From positions 224,001-288,000 of the forward strand of contig OZ223272.1 of NCBI GenBank assembly GCA_965140585.1: a stretch of 64,000 bases of DNA, read 5' to 3'. This document shows positions 20,212-30,064 of this stretch, piece by piece; the stretch's first letter is position 1, and the number at the start of each line of letters is the position of its first letter. The DNA comes from Spirochaetia bacterium (GTDB lineage: Bacteria; Spirochaetota; Spirochaetia; UBA9216). The notes beneath the pieces were generated by a model. The model worked only from the letters and a program-made list of their open reading frames with translations, searched no databases and was not told where the DNA came from. The position numbers were made by a program, and so were the translations under genes.

Positions 20212-21239
20212 CAGAGGACACCCGCCTTCTTAAGTATGTCTATAGCCCCCTTAATGTTAAGCATGTCAATATCTGCAACATCAGTTATTGCATCAACATT
20301 CCCCTTCCAGTTCATTTTATTTTTAAGGATATGTGAATAAATATCACAACGTCCTTTGTGTCCGACAAGGATAATATCTGAGTCCATGGGAAGCCCCATT
20401 TCATCAAACTGCTTGAGAGAATGCATATCTTCTGCAGCAATTAGAGATTCAACAAATAGTTTACGTTCATACCATTTTGTTTTAAGAAGAACATCAAGAA
20501 ATCTGGTCATAAGAAGAGACCTTAGAAACCCTCCGGTTTCTACCCATTTGAAACCATAATCAATTACTCCTGTATCAAAATAATTTTCCGGTTCAGCTTC
20601 CCCTTCAGGTCCTTCTATCGATTTACCGAGAAAAGTTTCCTTCTTGATGGCTTCGTATACCTGACCTGACAAAGTAGTCAAACTGCTTAAAACCTTACCC
20701 TCATGGCTCATTGATATGAACTTTGTATGAGACGACAGTATTACCATTATGAAAGGAAGTTTAAAATTATATGCTGCCAGCATTCCGGCTACCTGAACTT
20801 CCTCACCCCTCATAAAATCAAGCATTCCAACTTGCTCAGGTTTTGTATTACCGGGATCAAATTTGTTTTTAATTCCAGGAATAAAATAAATTGGAATATC
20901 GAGCGGGAACACTTCCATATCATGGACTTTTTTTAATCCTGCAGCCAACTCATCAGGCCCGGCAGGAACCCATAGATGAGGAATCTCAATTAGACCAATT
21001 TCAGATGTAATCATCCCTGCACTTACAGCGAATTCTATATCCTGTAATTTCAAACCGGCGTTTTCAACTGCCTCAAGAAAGGCTTCCTTCAGACCGTTTT
21101 TTAATGCATCCTTACTTCCGGTCATTGATGTATCACGAACACCGACCTTACGGACACCCTTGCCGATAATTTTTTCATTTTCATCTATAATATAAACTCT
21201 TGAGTTTGTTGTTCCGCAGTCTATTGATGCAAAATACAT
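20211..21239 (-). CDS. dgoK: 2-dehydro-3-deoxygalactonokinase family kinase
   Basis: IDCGTTNSR, GMITS..G..E.PH, DFMRGEE.Q, SHTKF. Confidence 0.88.
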   Translation of the reverse strand: MYFASIDCGTTNSRVYIIDENEKIIGKGVRKVGVRDTSMTGSKDALKNGLKEAFLEAVENAGLKLQDIEFAVSAGMITSEIGLIEIPHLWVPAGPDELAAGLKKVHDMEVFPLDIPIYFIPGIKNKFDPGNTKPEQVGMLDFMRGEEVQVAGMLAAYNFKLPFIMVILSSHTKFISMSHEGKVLSSLTTLSGQVYEAIKKETFLGKSIEGPEGEAEPENYFDTGVIDYGFKWVETGGFLRSLLMTRFLDVLLKTKWYERKLFVESLIAAEDMHSLKQFDEMGLPMDSDIILVGHKGRCDIYSHILKNKMNWKGNVDAITDVADIDMLNIKGAIDILKKAGVL

Positions 21240-21247
21240 AAAACCTC

Positions 21248-22225
21248 CTATTTCCCATTCTTTTTCTTTCTGTAATAGATCATAATCATTATAAGAACTA
21301 TAAATCCGTTAGCCATCTTCCTTCCTGCTTCAGGCATTTTTATTACTGTCAGAATACCTTCAAGCATAATTATTATAAGTGCTCCAGCAACGGTACCAAC
21401 ATAGCCGCCTTTACCTCCCGTCATTGCAGTTCCTCCAATAACGACAGCAGTAATAGACCACATTGTGTATTCCTTTCCAGAATCAAGAAAAGCCCGCGAA
21501 GTATTTCCTGAAAGTAAAAATCCAGTGAGCGCTGCGATCATTCCGCTTAAAGCATAAACAAGCGAACGCAGCTTCTTGACTTTTATACCTGTAAATCTGG
21601 CAGCAACCGGATTCATTCCAAGATGATATATCTTGCGGCCGGTGACCGTCCCCCTTAAAAACAATACGGTTATTATAGTGAGCAATAGCCATATCCATAC
21701 AATAGAGGGAAGCCCTCCGAAAGCACCTGCTCCTAGCCTTTCAAGTATTGGAGAAGCCAATCCCTTTGGAGCCCCCTTTATTGAGATAAGCATTACCCCG
21801 CTGACAAGTGAACTAGTTGCAAGCGTCATAACCAGTGGTGAGATATTCAAATATGAAACCCCCAGTCCGTTAACCAGACCGAAAAGAGCACCAATTAGCA
21901 TTACAAGTAATAGTGCCCATATTGTGTTTGAGTTCTGGGCATTAACAAAAAGACACCCGTAAATCTGCCCCATAGTAATAAGATTACCGATACTAAGATC
22001 TATTCCCCCAGTCAGAATTACCATAGTTTGACCTATTGAACAGATTCCGACAAAGGCAGCAGTTCTTAAAATATCCTTAATATGAGAAACTGAAGCGAAT
22101 CCGTCTGAAATAATCTCCCCGATGATGAACATAGCAATTATAACAAGGTATAGAAGAACAAGTATCTTATTCCGTATAACTGTATCTTTTATTGACTGCT
22201 GATTAATTCTCTGCTGTATAATCAT
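21248..22225 (-). CDS. Sugar ABC transporter permease (CUT2)
   Basis: GGIDLS.G, GRKIY..G.N..AA...GI, VIGGT.MTGG.G. Confidence 0.92.
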   Translation of the reverse strand: MIIQQRINQQSIKDTVIRNKILVLLYLVIIAMFIIGEIISDGFASVSHIKDILRTAAFVGICSIGQTMVILTGGIDLSIGNLITMGQIYGCLFVNAQNSNTIWALLLVMLIGALFGLVNGLGVSYLNISPLVMTLATSSLVSGVMLISIKGAPKGLASPILERLGAGAFGGLPSIVWIWLLLTIITVLFLRGTVTGRKIYHLGMNPVAARFTGIKVKKLRSLVYALSGMIAALTGFLLSGNTSRAFLDSGKEYTMWSITAVVIGGTAMTGGKGGYVGTVAGALIIIMLEGILTVIKMPEAGRKMANGFIVLIMIMIYYRKKKNGK

Positions 22226-23220
22226 TTTGAACCGACCTTAAGTAATCTGCGTATTCTGCTTTTATTAATTTTGGGACCTGAACCTTCGTTATTCATCGAA
22301 GTAAGTGTAAGAGCAATTATTATGACCAACCCCTTGGCAACAAACTGGTAGAATGTGGAAACTCCAACCAGATTTAAAATATTATCTATTAAATAGAAAA
22401 TGTAAGCCGCTCCCAGTATTCCAGTAACTCCCCCGCGTCCTCCCGATAGAGCAACTCCACCGATTACTGCGACGGCAATAGAATTCATAACATATGGATC
22501 CCCTACCAGAGGATCGGCTGATATCATCATTGCAGAGAGAAACATACCGGCAAGTGCCGCATATATACCACTGATTCCGTAAGTGAGAATTTCTATCTTC
22601 TTCACCGGAATACCTGATTCAAGAGCAACTTCTTTATTGCCGCCTACAGCATAAACAGAACGTCCGAAGACTGTATTTTTCAAAACGGCTCCGGTTAGAA
22701 AAATTACTGCGATTATTATTATCAGAGGTACTGGTATAAGTCCAAAAAGTTTTCCTGTTACTCCATGATAGACTGACATGGATATTTCGCCACCAGGCAC
22801 ATCCATTATAAGTAAAGTAACACCGTACCAGATAGTACTTGTCGCAAGCGTAACTATAAACGGTGGAAAACCCCAGTGTGAAATTATAAATCCATTGGAA
22901 AGACCTATAAGCAGGCCTACTATTACGGGAACAGTCAGCCACAGAAGAATATTCAATGGAGTATCAACAAATGGAAGATTTGCGGCAACAACATTACATA
23001 ACCCGATAATAGCACCGACCGATAAATCAATTCCTCCTGTCAAAAGGACAAACATCTGCGCTATACCTGCCATTAGAAGCGGTGTTATTCTGGTGAAAAG
23101 ATTTACATTGTTAGCCCAGGTAAAAAACCTCGGCTGCAGCAAACATGCCAATATATAAATCAAAACTGCTATAATATAAACTGGAATATAAATTAATCGA
23201 TCACGCTGCTTAACCTTCAT
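22222..23220 (-). CDS. Sugar ABC transporter permease (CUT2)
   Basis: GGIDLSVG, FGRSVYAVGGN..A..SGI. Confidence 0.92.
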   Translation of the reverse strand: MKVKQRDRLIYIPVYIIAVLIYILACLLQPRFFTWANNVNLFTRITPLLMAGIAQMFVLLTGGIDLSVGAIIGLCNVVAANLPFVDTPLNILLWLTVPVIVGLLIGLSNGFIISHWGFPPFIVTLATSTIWYGVTLLIMDVPGGEISMSVYHGVTGKLFGLIPVPLIIIIAVIFLTGAVLKNTVFGRSVYAVGGNKEVALESGIPVKKIEILTYGISGIYAALAGMFLSAMMISADPLVGDPYVMNSIAVAVIGGVALSGGRGGVTGILGAAYIFYLIDNILNLVGVSTFYQFVAKGLVIIIALTLTSMNNEGSGPKINKSRIRRLLKVGSK

Positions 23221-24746
23221 GCTCTTACCTCATCGCCATCTATATCAAGTACTGAAACAGCGGCTTTCATAATATTTTCCTCGGTGATTTCAGCTCCCGT
23301 CAGCTCTGCGGTAAACCTGCAGTTATTCATAACAAGGACTTTATCACTGACACCAATCAGCTCGAGCATATCGCTTGTATACATCAGCACTGCTGTATTT
23401 TTGCCGGCTATTTCTCTGATAATTCTGTATATTTGCTGTTTTGTTCCTACATCCACACCTTTTGTAGGTTCTATAAGAATAATTACTTCAGGATTTCCTA
23501 CAAGCCACTTACCAAGAACGAGCTTCTGCATATTTCCACCGGAGAGTGATTCGGCGTTTTGATATTCAGAGCTGATTTTAACAGACAGTTCTTTAACCAT
23601 TTTTGCTACCGCAGCCTGCTCTTCATTTCTTTTTATAAAACCCATTTTTTTACGCTTATCAAGCGTGGCAGCAGATATATTCTCATAAACTGAGGCACCA
23701 AGAAAAACGCCTTCTTCCCCGCGGTTTTCAGGTATTAAAGCCATTCCGGCTTTTACAGCATCTGACTGGTTATGAATAATTCTTTCAGTACCGTTAATTA
23801 AAATCCTAAGCTCTTCAACATGTTCAAGACCGAACATAGACTGAAGAAGTTTAATCTGCCCCTGCCCCTGCAATCCACCGATACCAAGGACTTCCCCTTC
23901 TTGTATATTGAGTGCAACCGGCTTTTCTTCCGGATTAAACTTAACCGACATCGAGAATATTTCATTTTCTGAAAGTTTTTCAGCCTTGGGCGGAAAGATA
24001 TCTTTCAAATCACGGCCGACCATTTTTGATATAAGTTTATTCTCATCAAACTCTGAAATCTGATCAGTAACAACTTTTTTACCATCTTTCATTATGGTAA
24101 CCCGATCCGCAAGCTCAAAGATCTCTTCAAGGCGATGTGATATATATATTATCGCCTTTCCCTCTTTCTTAAGTTTATTAACAATCTGAAAAAGAATCTT
24201 TACCTCATCTTTTGATAGAGATGCTGTAGGTTCATCAAAAATAATAATTTTAGGATTCTGTGACAGGACTTTTCCGATCTCAACCATTTGCCTGACAGCC
24301 ATAGGAAGACCCGATACAAGCTCTTCCGGATCAAGCTCAAGGTTAACATTCTTCAGAACATCCACGGCTCTGCCGTTCACTTTCTTCCAGTCAATACGCC
24401 CATTTTTCCTTGGCCACATACCCATGGAAATATTTTCAGCTACCGAAAAATCAGGAAGCAGTGAAAGTTCCTGATAAACAACGCCAATACCCTTCCTTCG
24501 GGATTCAGCATTTGTAGACAGGGAACATTTTTCTCCTTCAATGATTATCTGTCCTGTCTCAGGCTGGTGAACACCGGCAAGCATCTTCATCAAAGTGCTC
24601 TTACCTGCTCCATTTTCTCCAACAAGACAATGGACCTCACCTGATCTGCAGTCGAAACTCACCTTATCAACTGCCCTGTTCCCGGGAAAGTCTTTAACAA
24701 CTTCAATCATTTCCAGCATAATTCTATTACTTTCCATTAAGTTCAT
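23217..24746 (-). CDS. Sugar ABC transporter ATP-binding protein (RbsA-like)
   Basis: GENGAGKST, FDEPT, ISHRL, LSGGNMQK. Confidence 0.95.
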   Translation of the reverse strand: MNLMESNRIMLEMIEVVKDFPGNRAVDKVSFDCRSGEVHCLVGENGAGKSTLMKMLAGVHQPETGQIIIEGEKCSLSTNAESRRKGIGVVYQELSLLPDFSVAENISMGMWPRKNGRIDWKKVNGRAVDVLKNVNLELDPEELVSGLPMAVRQMVEIGKVLSQNPKIIIFDEPTASLSKDEVKILFQIVNKLKKEGKAIIYISHRLEEIFELADRVTIMKDGKKVVTDQISEFDENKLISKMVGRDLKDIFPPKAEKLSENEIFSMSVKFNPEEKPVALNIQEGEVLGIGGLQGQGQIKLLQSMFGLEHVEELRILINGTERIIHNQSDAVKAGMALIPENRGEEGVFLGASVYENISAATLDKRKKMGFIKRNEEQAAVAKMVKELSVKISSEYQNAESLSGGNMQKLVLGKWLVGNPEVIILIEPTKGVDVGTKQQIYRIIREIAGKNTAVLMYTSDMLELIGVSDKVLVMNNCRFTAELTGAEITEENIMKAAVSVLDIDGDEVRA

Positions 24747-24756
24747 CTTCCTAAAT

Positions 24757-24785
24757 TGTGTTCCCGGTTTTTAGCCGGGAACACA
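24757..24785 (-). terminator. Stem-loop after substrate-binding protein gene
   Basis: TGTGTTCCCGG...CCGGGAACACA inverted repeat 9 nt after the stop codon. Confidence 0.6.
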
Positions 24786-24793
24786 GGTTAATA

Positions 24794-25822
24794 TCAGTTC
24801 TCAAAAATTGCTTTGATTCGATCATCAGGGAGCTGAGAATTACACCAGAAACTGTCTGAAAGTTCAGGTTTAACATACTCATCAATTGTATCAGATGTAA
24901 TTGTGGGAATTGGAATTACCTGAGTTTTAGGAACGGTCTTTCCATCAAGAGCATCAACTGCAACCTGCATAGCTTTTGCACTGATCCATGTAGGCATACT
25001 TGTAGCAATTGAATCAAATCCTGTACCTTCATCTTTCAGTTTCTTCCACACCTTAAGAAAACCGTTTCCATCTTCACCTGTTACAGGAGGAATAGTAAGA
25101 CCACGTTCGTAGTACGATTTTACAACAGCTTCACTCATTGCACCGCCCTGAGACCATACCCCGTCAATCTTTACATTGGAAGCAAGTATATTTTCCATAG
25201 CTCTTTTTGCTTTAGCAAAATCCCAGTCCGCATATACTTCATTCACAATTTCAATTTCAGGGTACTTATTAAGTACTGATAATGCACCTTCATAACGTTC
25301 GGCTGAAATTGAAACACCTTTTGTTCCGTTAAAAGCAACGACTTTACCTTTGCCGCCCATAGCCTTGGCCAGCCATTCACCCTGAACCCGACCAAATTCA
25401 ACCTGGTCTACAGTAACTCGTGCAGTAATGTTGTCTGTATCAATCTTTCCATCAAACTCAATTACAATAATACCGGCTGCTACTGCTTTATCAACTACCG
25501 GAATGAGAGCCTTTGGATTCATAGGAGTTATACAGATTGCATCAACGCCTCTTGCAATAAGGTCTTCAATATCCGAAATCTGCTTTGAAACATCGTCATT
25601 TGCTTCTGTTGTCACAAGCTCTTTAATCTTCGGGTTTATTGAAGCTTCATATCTTGCTTCTTCCATCATCTGAACACGCCATGAGTTTCCAAGACTGTAA
25701 TTACTCAGACCAATCACATAACCGTCACTGCTTCCTGATGCAGCTTCCTGCTGACCTCCGGCAAATACAAAGCCGCCGGCCAAAACCAGTACACATAGTA
25801 CTAACGCTAAACGTTTAAACAT
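24794..25822 (-). CDS. Sugar ABC substrate-binding protein
   Basis: Signal peptide ...FVFAGGQQE (spirochaete-type); GNSWRVQM, QISDIEDL..GVDAI. Confidence 0.93.
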   Translation of the reverse strand: MFKRLALVLCVLVLAGGFVFAGGQQEAASGSSDGYVIGLSNYSLGNSWRVQMMEEARYEASINPKIKELVTTEANDDVSKQISDIEDLIARGVDAICITPMNPKALIPVVDKAVAAGIIVIEFDGKIDTDNITARVTVDQVEFGRVQGEWLAKAMGGKGKVVAFNGTKGVSISAERYEGALSVLNKYPEIEIVNEVYADWDFAKAKRAMENILASNVKIDGVWSQGGAMSEAVVKSYYERGLTIPPVTGEDGNGFLKVWKKLKDEGTGFDSIATSMPTWISAKAMQVAVDALDGKTVPKTQVIPIPTITSDTIDEYVKPELSDSFWCNSQLPDDRIKAIFEN

Positions 25823-25867
25823 TTAATCCCTCCTGAGAAAATAATATTCCGGTCTTTCCGGATATTT

Positions 25868-26512
25868 TTATATAATAGCTACAGCTCTACAGGGAGCTCC
25901 TTCTCTTCCCTCCAGTTTAAGCGGAAGAGCAATAATTAAAATCTTTTTTTTATCCGGCAGCTTCTCGAGGTTAGCCAGATTTTCAACTATTGGAATACCG
26001 GCTTCAAACAGAGTTTTATGTGCAGGACTGTCGGGGCTGCCAACAGGATCGACCGCCGTGGCATCTGTCATATAACAGGATATTTCTTTTTCCACCAGAA
26101 CACTTACCAGTTCAGATGAAGGCCATGAATACGATGAATTGTATAATGATGTCTCTGCATATTTACCAACACCGGTTTCGATTAGGAAAATGGATTTTTC
26201 ATCAAGGGAATCAAGCGAAGGTTCAATATCTTCAGGGCCGAAAGCCTTCCCTTCCTTTCCGCTTTTCAGTCTGAAAACTTGCGTCTCGCCATAAAAACGC
26301 TCGAGCCCAATCCTGTCTATAGGTTCTCCATTAGATGTAAAGTGCAATGGTGAATCAACATGTGTTCCGGTGTGGACAAGCATAGACATCTTTGTCAAAT
26401 TATAACCTTCTGAATTAAACCTGCCCCTCCATTCATAAACAGGACGATCGTTCCCCGGATACACAAGCATTTTTTCCGACAGTGAATAAGTCAAATCGAT
26501 GATGCGGCCCAT
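25868..26512 (-). CDS. Cyclase-family (kynurenine formamidase-like) metal hydrolase
   Basis: DLT..L, HTGTHVDSP.H, H..L...IVENL.NL, LPLKL.G..GAPCRA.A. Confidence 0.92.
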   Translation of the reverse strand: MGRIIDLTYSLSEKMLVYPGNDRPVYEWRGRFNSEGYNLTKMSMLVHTGTHVDSPLHFTSNGEPIDRIGLERFYGETQVFRLKSGKEGKAFGPEDIEPSLDSLDEKSIFLIETGVGKYAETSLYNSSYSWPSSELVSVLVEKEISCYMTDATAVDPVGSPDSPAHKTLFEAGIPIVENLANLEKLPDKKKILIIALPLKLEGREGAPCRAVAII

Positions 26513-27759
26513 TAATTATCTCCCCAGATTGCCAGCTTCTCACCGCATTTTTCCAGAACGGTATCGGGGATAGCAGGTCCCGGTGTACAACCTGGAATAT
26601 GAATTGTGTCCGGATGATTTCTATATTTTTCAGGAGCACAATCACCTATAACAAAATACGGCCCCTGCTTTAAATGCTCTTCAAAATGAACATCATCTGC
26701 ATTGAAACCGATCATAAATGTCGGTTTACCGTTTCGTTCGACAATCTTTTCCCACAAGCCATCCTTTTCCCAGAATAAAGCAGGACCAATAAACCAGACA
26801 AAACAGCCTGGACACATCCCGCCGATAATCATATTACATGGGAACCGGTTATATAAAACTTCAACAGGTTTCTCAATATGAATGGATAGATCCTTTATCT
26901 CCGGACCTATTAGAATAATGCGGTTCCTTTCTATTTCTCCGGTGCCATCAAGGTAGGCGGTCCAGGGGAATATCAATTCATTTCTATCGATTGATAAAAG
27001 CTCAGAACAAATACTGTCGCTGGCTACTGGATCATTTGATGCAACCAGAACTCCTAGAAATCTTGGAGTAGAAAGATCAGGACCATCACCCTCACCAACG
27101 ATTACAGCATCTGTAAAACACAGCTGTTCAGGTATTAGCTTATGCACCTCAGATACAAGTTTCGGAAGCTGCCCCTGATGGTATTTTAATCTTGTTCTCT
27201 GATCTATCAATCCAACCCAGTTTTTAACTGAACCGGTCATAGCTCCAAAACGATGTGTTTTAAGCTTTGCAAAATTAATTACAGTATCAGCATCGAGCAT
27301 CTTTGAAGGAAGTGTGATTGACGATAGAATATCACTAAAAGGCATTTTAACCTGACGCCGTTCTGCGGGGTCATCGATATTAACCAACTCCGCACCTGCA
27401 GCCTTCACTTCCTTCCCCATTCCTGTAGCATCAAGAGCTTCTGAGCTTTTTGCAAAACCTGCCGAGGAATCACCAATATAAACGGTTTTAACTCCACGCT
27501 CCTTAAGAATAGAAGTTAGAGCTGCAACAAAACGTGGTTCAGTTGTAATACTATCCCTTGCGGTAGAACTTAGCAGCAGATTTGGTTTTATGAAAACAGT
27601 TCCTGTAGAAGGAATTTCAACTCCTGCACTCTCTAGATTACCTAAGGCTTCCTTCACCATTAAATAAAAATCAGTATTACTGTAGGAAAGTGTATTAGAC
27701 TTTACTATTGTGACTATTGACTTCTTTTCAGCAGCTTTTCTTTGCAGCCCCTTGGTCAT
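26512..27759 (-). CDS. DUF362-domain protein with C-terminal putative Fe-S motif
   Basis: FIKPNL, T.PRFV.A, IGDS, KLKTH...T.SVKN..G, GDGP, DPVA.D; C-terminal CPGC...GDC...PGCTP. Confidence 0.85.
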   Translation of the reverse strand: MTKGLQRKAAEKKSIVTIVKSNTLSYSNTDFYLMVKEALGNLESAGVEIPSTGTVFIKPNLLLSSTARDSITTEPRFVAALTSILKERGVKTVYIGDSSAGFAKSSEALDATGMGKEVKAAGAELVNIDDPAERRQVKMPFSDILSSITLPSKMLDADTVINFAKLKTHRFGAMTGSVKNWVGLIDQRTRLKYHQGQLPKLVSEVHKLIPEQLCFTDAVIVGEGDGPDLSTPRFLGVLVASNDPVASDSICSELLSIDRNELIFPWTAYLDGTGEIERNRIILIGPEIKDLSIHIEKPVEVLYNRFPCNMIIGGMCPGCFVWFIGPALFWEKDGLWEKIVERNGKPTFMIGFNADDVHFEEHLKQGPYFVIGDCAPEKYRNHPDTIHIPGCTPGPAIPDTVLEKCGEKLAIWGDN

Positions 27760-28433
27760 TCCGCAACCTCCACAGCAATTGTTACTGGAGAACCATCCAG
27801 ACCTGACAGCCTCAGTGGAAATCCATACACCTTTGCAGGAACACAGCCTAAAAGAAGTCCTGTGTTTACATCCTCGTAGATAAGAAGTGTTCTTTCCCTG
27901 GATACTTTTTTATCCAGCAATGCCCGATGCACCGGAAAATCCTGCTTAGGACCAAGAACTGAACTTTCTATGCTAAGTGTATCAATAGCTACTGCCTTTA
28001 ATTCAGGGAGTTCATTACGTAAAAAAAGTGCAGCTTCTTCAGATAGAGCAGGAAAATCATCTGCATAAACCTTCCCGTCTTCCCTGTGGCTGCAGTAGCC
28101 TGTATGAAAAAAAATAATATCTGAACTGTAAACCTGTTCATATTCTTTAATCTGCTCAACTGAAATCAGGCCTGATTTATTCAATGGACATTCAATCAGA
28201 AGAGGTTTTGAGAATATAAAATCAGATATGGGGATCATATCAATGGTGAGTCCTTCATTGTCAAAATGGAATGGAGCATCAACATGAGTGCCTGCATGGA
28301 TATAATGGTGTATAACTGATGTGTTGCAGGGATCTCCGTTGTTCATCACATTTATTTTTTTGAAACTATCAAGCGGGCTTCCCGGGTAGACGGGAATGCT
28401 TTCTGAAAGGCTGTATGATAATTCTAAAAGCAT
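27756..28433 (-). CDS. Cyclase-family metal hydrolase
   Basis: HAGTHVDAPFH, IDT.S, VHR.LL, FPLR..GLDGSPV. Confidence 0.9.
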   Translation of the reverse strand: MLLELSYSLSESIPVYPGSPLDSFKKINVMNNGDPCNTSVIHHYIHAGTHVDAPFHFDNEGLTIDMIPISDFIFSKPLLIECPLNKSGLISVEQIKEYEQVYSSDIIFFHTGYCSHREDGKVYADDFPALSEEAALFLRNELPELKAVAIDTLSIESSVLGPKQDFPVHRALLDKKVSRERTLLIYEDVNTGLLLGCVPAKVYGFPLRLSGLDGSPVTIAVEVAE

Positions 28434-28452
28434 TACTCCTCCAAATCTGTTA

Positions 28453-28530
28453 AAAAAAAGAATTTTTTTCTTTTTTTTAACAGATTATCATATTTTTACC
28501 CTATGTCAAGAGAAATATTTTCTTTTTTAG
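28453..28530 (-). promoter_or_regulatory. Sigma70-type promoter flanked by AT-rich operator boxes (copy 2)
   Basis: TTGACA (28509-28504)-N16-TAATCT with extended TG; same flanking boxes as 13296-13368. Confidence 0.7.
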
Positions 28531-28553
28531 AAATATTTTTATTTACTTGAAGT

Positions 28554-29084
28554 TCAGAACACACTACAAAAAATTTGTTCTATCGAAGTATCGTTAGATT
28601 TAAGAATGAAATCACATACTTCACGAACAGCTCCAGCTCCCCCTCTACGCGAAGTGATAAAATCTGCTTCAGCCTTAACTATATCTAACGCATTCTTTAC
28701 TGCTACACCTATTTCGGAAACTCTTATCAGCGGAAGATCTATTTCATCATCGCCGATGTAGCAAATCTTTTCTGTATCGATATTTAGCGTGGACATTAGT
28801 TCTTTGTAAGTATTAATTTTATCTTTTTTCCCCATATAAATGTAATCAATACCAAGCTCATTTGCCCTGATTTCAGTAACTTTAGACTTCCTGGCTGAAA
28901 TAACTGCTACATCTATTCCAATCCTTCTTACAGCATGAATACCGATTCCGTCCAGGGCAGAAAAATTTCTGCCCTCAGTTCCGTCTGAATTTATTTTAAT
29001 AATTCCATCTGTGAGAACTCCATCAACATCGAGAATTAATAGTCGAATTTTTTTCCATTTTTCAGAATTAACTAGTTTTTTCAC
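28554..29084 (-). CDS. kdsC: KdsC-family HAD phosphatase (KDO-8-P/KDN-9-P phosphatase type)
   Basis: LDVDGVLTDG, DG.GI, IGDD..D, GG.GAVREV. Confidence 0.88.
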   Translation of the reverse strand: MKKLVNSEKWKKIRLLILDVDGVLTDGIIKINSDGTEGRNFSALDGIGIHAVRRIGIDVAVISARKSKVTEIRANELGIDYIYMGKKDKINTYKELMSTLNIDTEKICYIGDDEIDLPLIRVSEIGVAVKNALDIVKAEADFITSRRGGAGAVREVCDFILKSNDTSIEQIFCSVF

Positions 29085-29181
29085 AATAATACGTCCTTTT
29101 ATATGGCTGAAATTTACCGGATCATAAACTGAAAAGAAAAAAATTTCTATAATTTAGTTTACATATTAATTTTTATACAAT

Positions 29182-30054
29182 ATGATGGAATACGGATTTA
29201 ATATGGGAAGCGTTCCAGTACTAGCAATTATTAATGAGAAATATGACGAACTCACAAGGATGCAGCAGAAAATAGCTGATTATATCCGTAAAAATTCATC
29301 CGAAGTTATTCGTATGTCTATTTCGGATCTTGCCGAAGCAACCGGAAATAAAAGTGAATCATCAATAGTCCGTTTCTATAGAATACTAGGCTTCTCAGGT
29401 TATCACGACTTTAAAGTTGCGTTGGCAACTGAAATAGCCGGTAAATCTTTTTACCACACTTATTCAGAGCTTACTGAAAATGACAATGTCTCTACTGTAA
29501 AAGAAAAACTGTATAACGGAATAATTAAAACACTGCACGACAATTTCAACATGCTTAACGATGAACTGCTTGAAAAAGCGGTAAATATTATACTAAAAGC
29601 TAAAAGGTTATTCTTTCTCGGCTACGGACAGTCTGGATATCTTTGTGAAAATGCCCAGTTCAAGTTTACCCGTCTTGGATATAACTGTTTCTACAGTCCC
29701 GACAGCCACTATAATTCAATGCTTCTTTCAGAGGCTCAGGAAGGAGATGTCATATTCTCCATATCCTTCTCAGGGCTAACCAAGGATGTAATAGTTCCTA
29801 TACAGCAGTCTAAACCTGCAGCCAAAATAATAGCTCTTACCGGTTCAGCAAAATCACCGCTTGGTCAGCTGGCAGATGTGTGTCTAGTGTCCCACACTGA
29901 AGAACTTAATTACAGGACAGATGCAATGATAGCCAGGCATGTTCAAAACATGATACTAGATATTATCTATATTTCTGTAACAATCCAGCTTGGTGATTCA
30001 GTGGTAAACAGACTTAACACGATTAAACAGGCTTTTTCGTATCTGAAATACTAG
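29182..30054 (+). CDS. RpiR/MurR family transcriptional regulator
   Basis: KIADYI, SI..LA...SE.SIVRF...LGFSGY..FK HTH plus SIS domain (G.GQS, SFSG.T). True start may be ATG 29203. Confidence 0.94.
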   Translation: MMEYGFNMGSVPVLAIINEKYDELTRMQQKIADYIRKNSSEVIRMSISDLAEATGNKSESSIVRFYRILGFSGYHDFKVALATEIAGKSFYHTYSELTENDNVSTVKEKLYNGIIKTLHDNFNMLNDELLEKAVNIILKAKRLFFLGYGQSGYLCENAQFKFTRLGYNCFYSPDSHYNSMLLSEAQEGDVIFSISFSGLTKDVIVPIQQSKPAAKIIALTGSAKSPLGQLADVCLVSHTEELNYRTDAMIARHVQNMILDIIYISVTIQLGDSVVNRLNTIKQAFSYLKY

Positions 30055-30064
30055 GCACCTCCGG

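Noticed and set aside
10942-24746. Walker B Asp missing in the second NBD of both ABC ATPases (MMEPT, LIEPT)
   Set aside because: The C-terminal nucleotide site of CUT2 ATPases is normally degenerate, so this is not evidence of novelty.
28554-29084. KdsC as a sign of an LPS/KDO biosynthesis locus
   Set aside because: No kdsA, kdsB, kdsD or lpt genes nearby; the context is catabolic.
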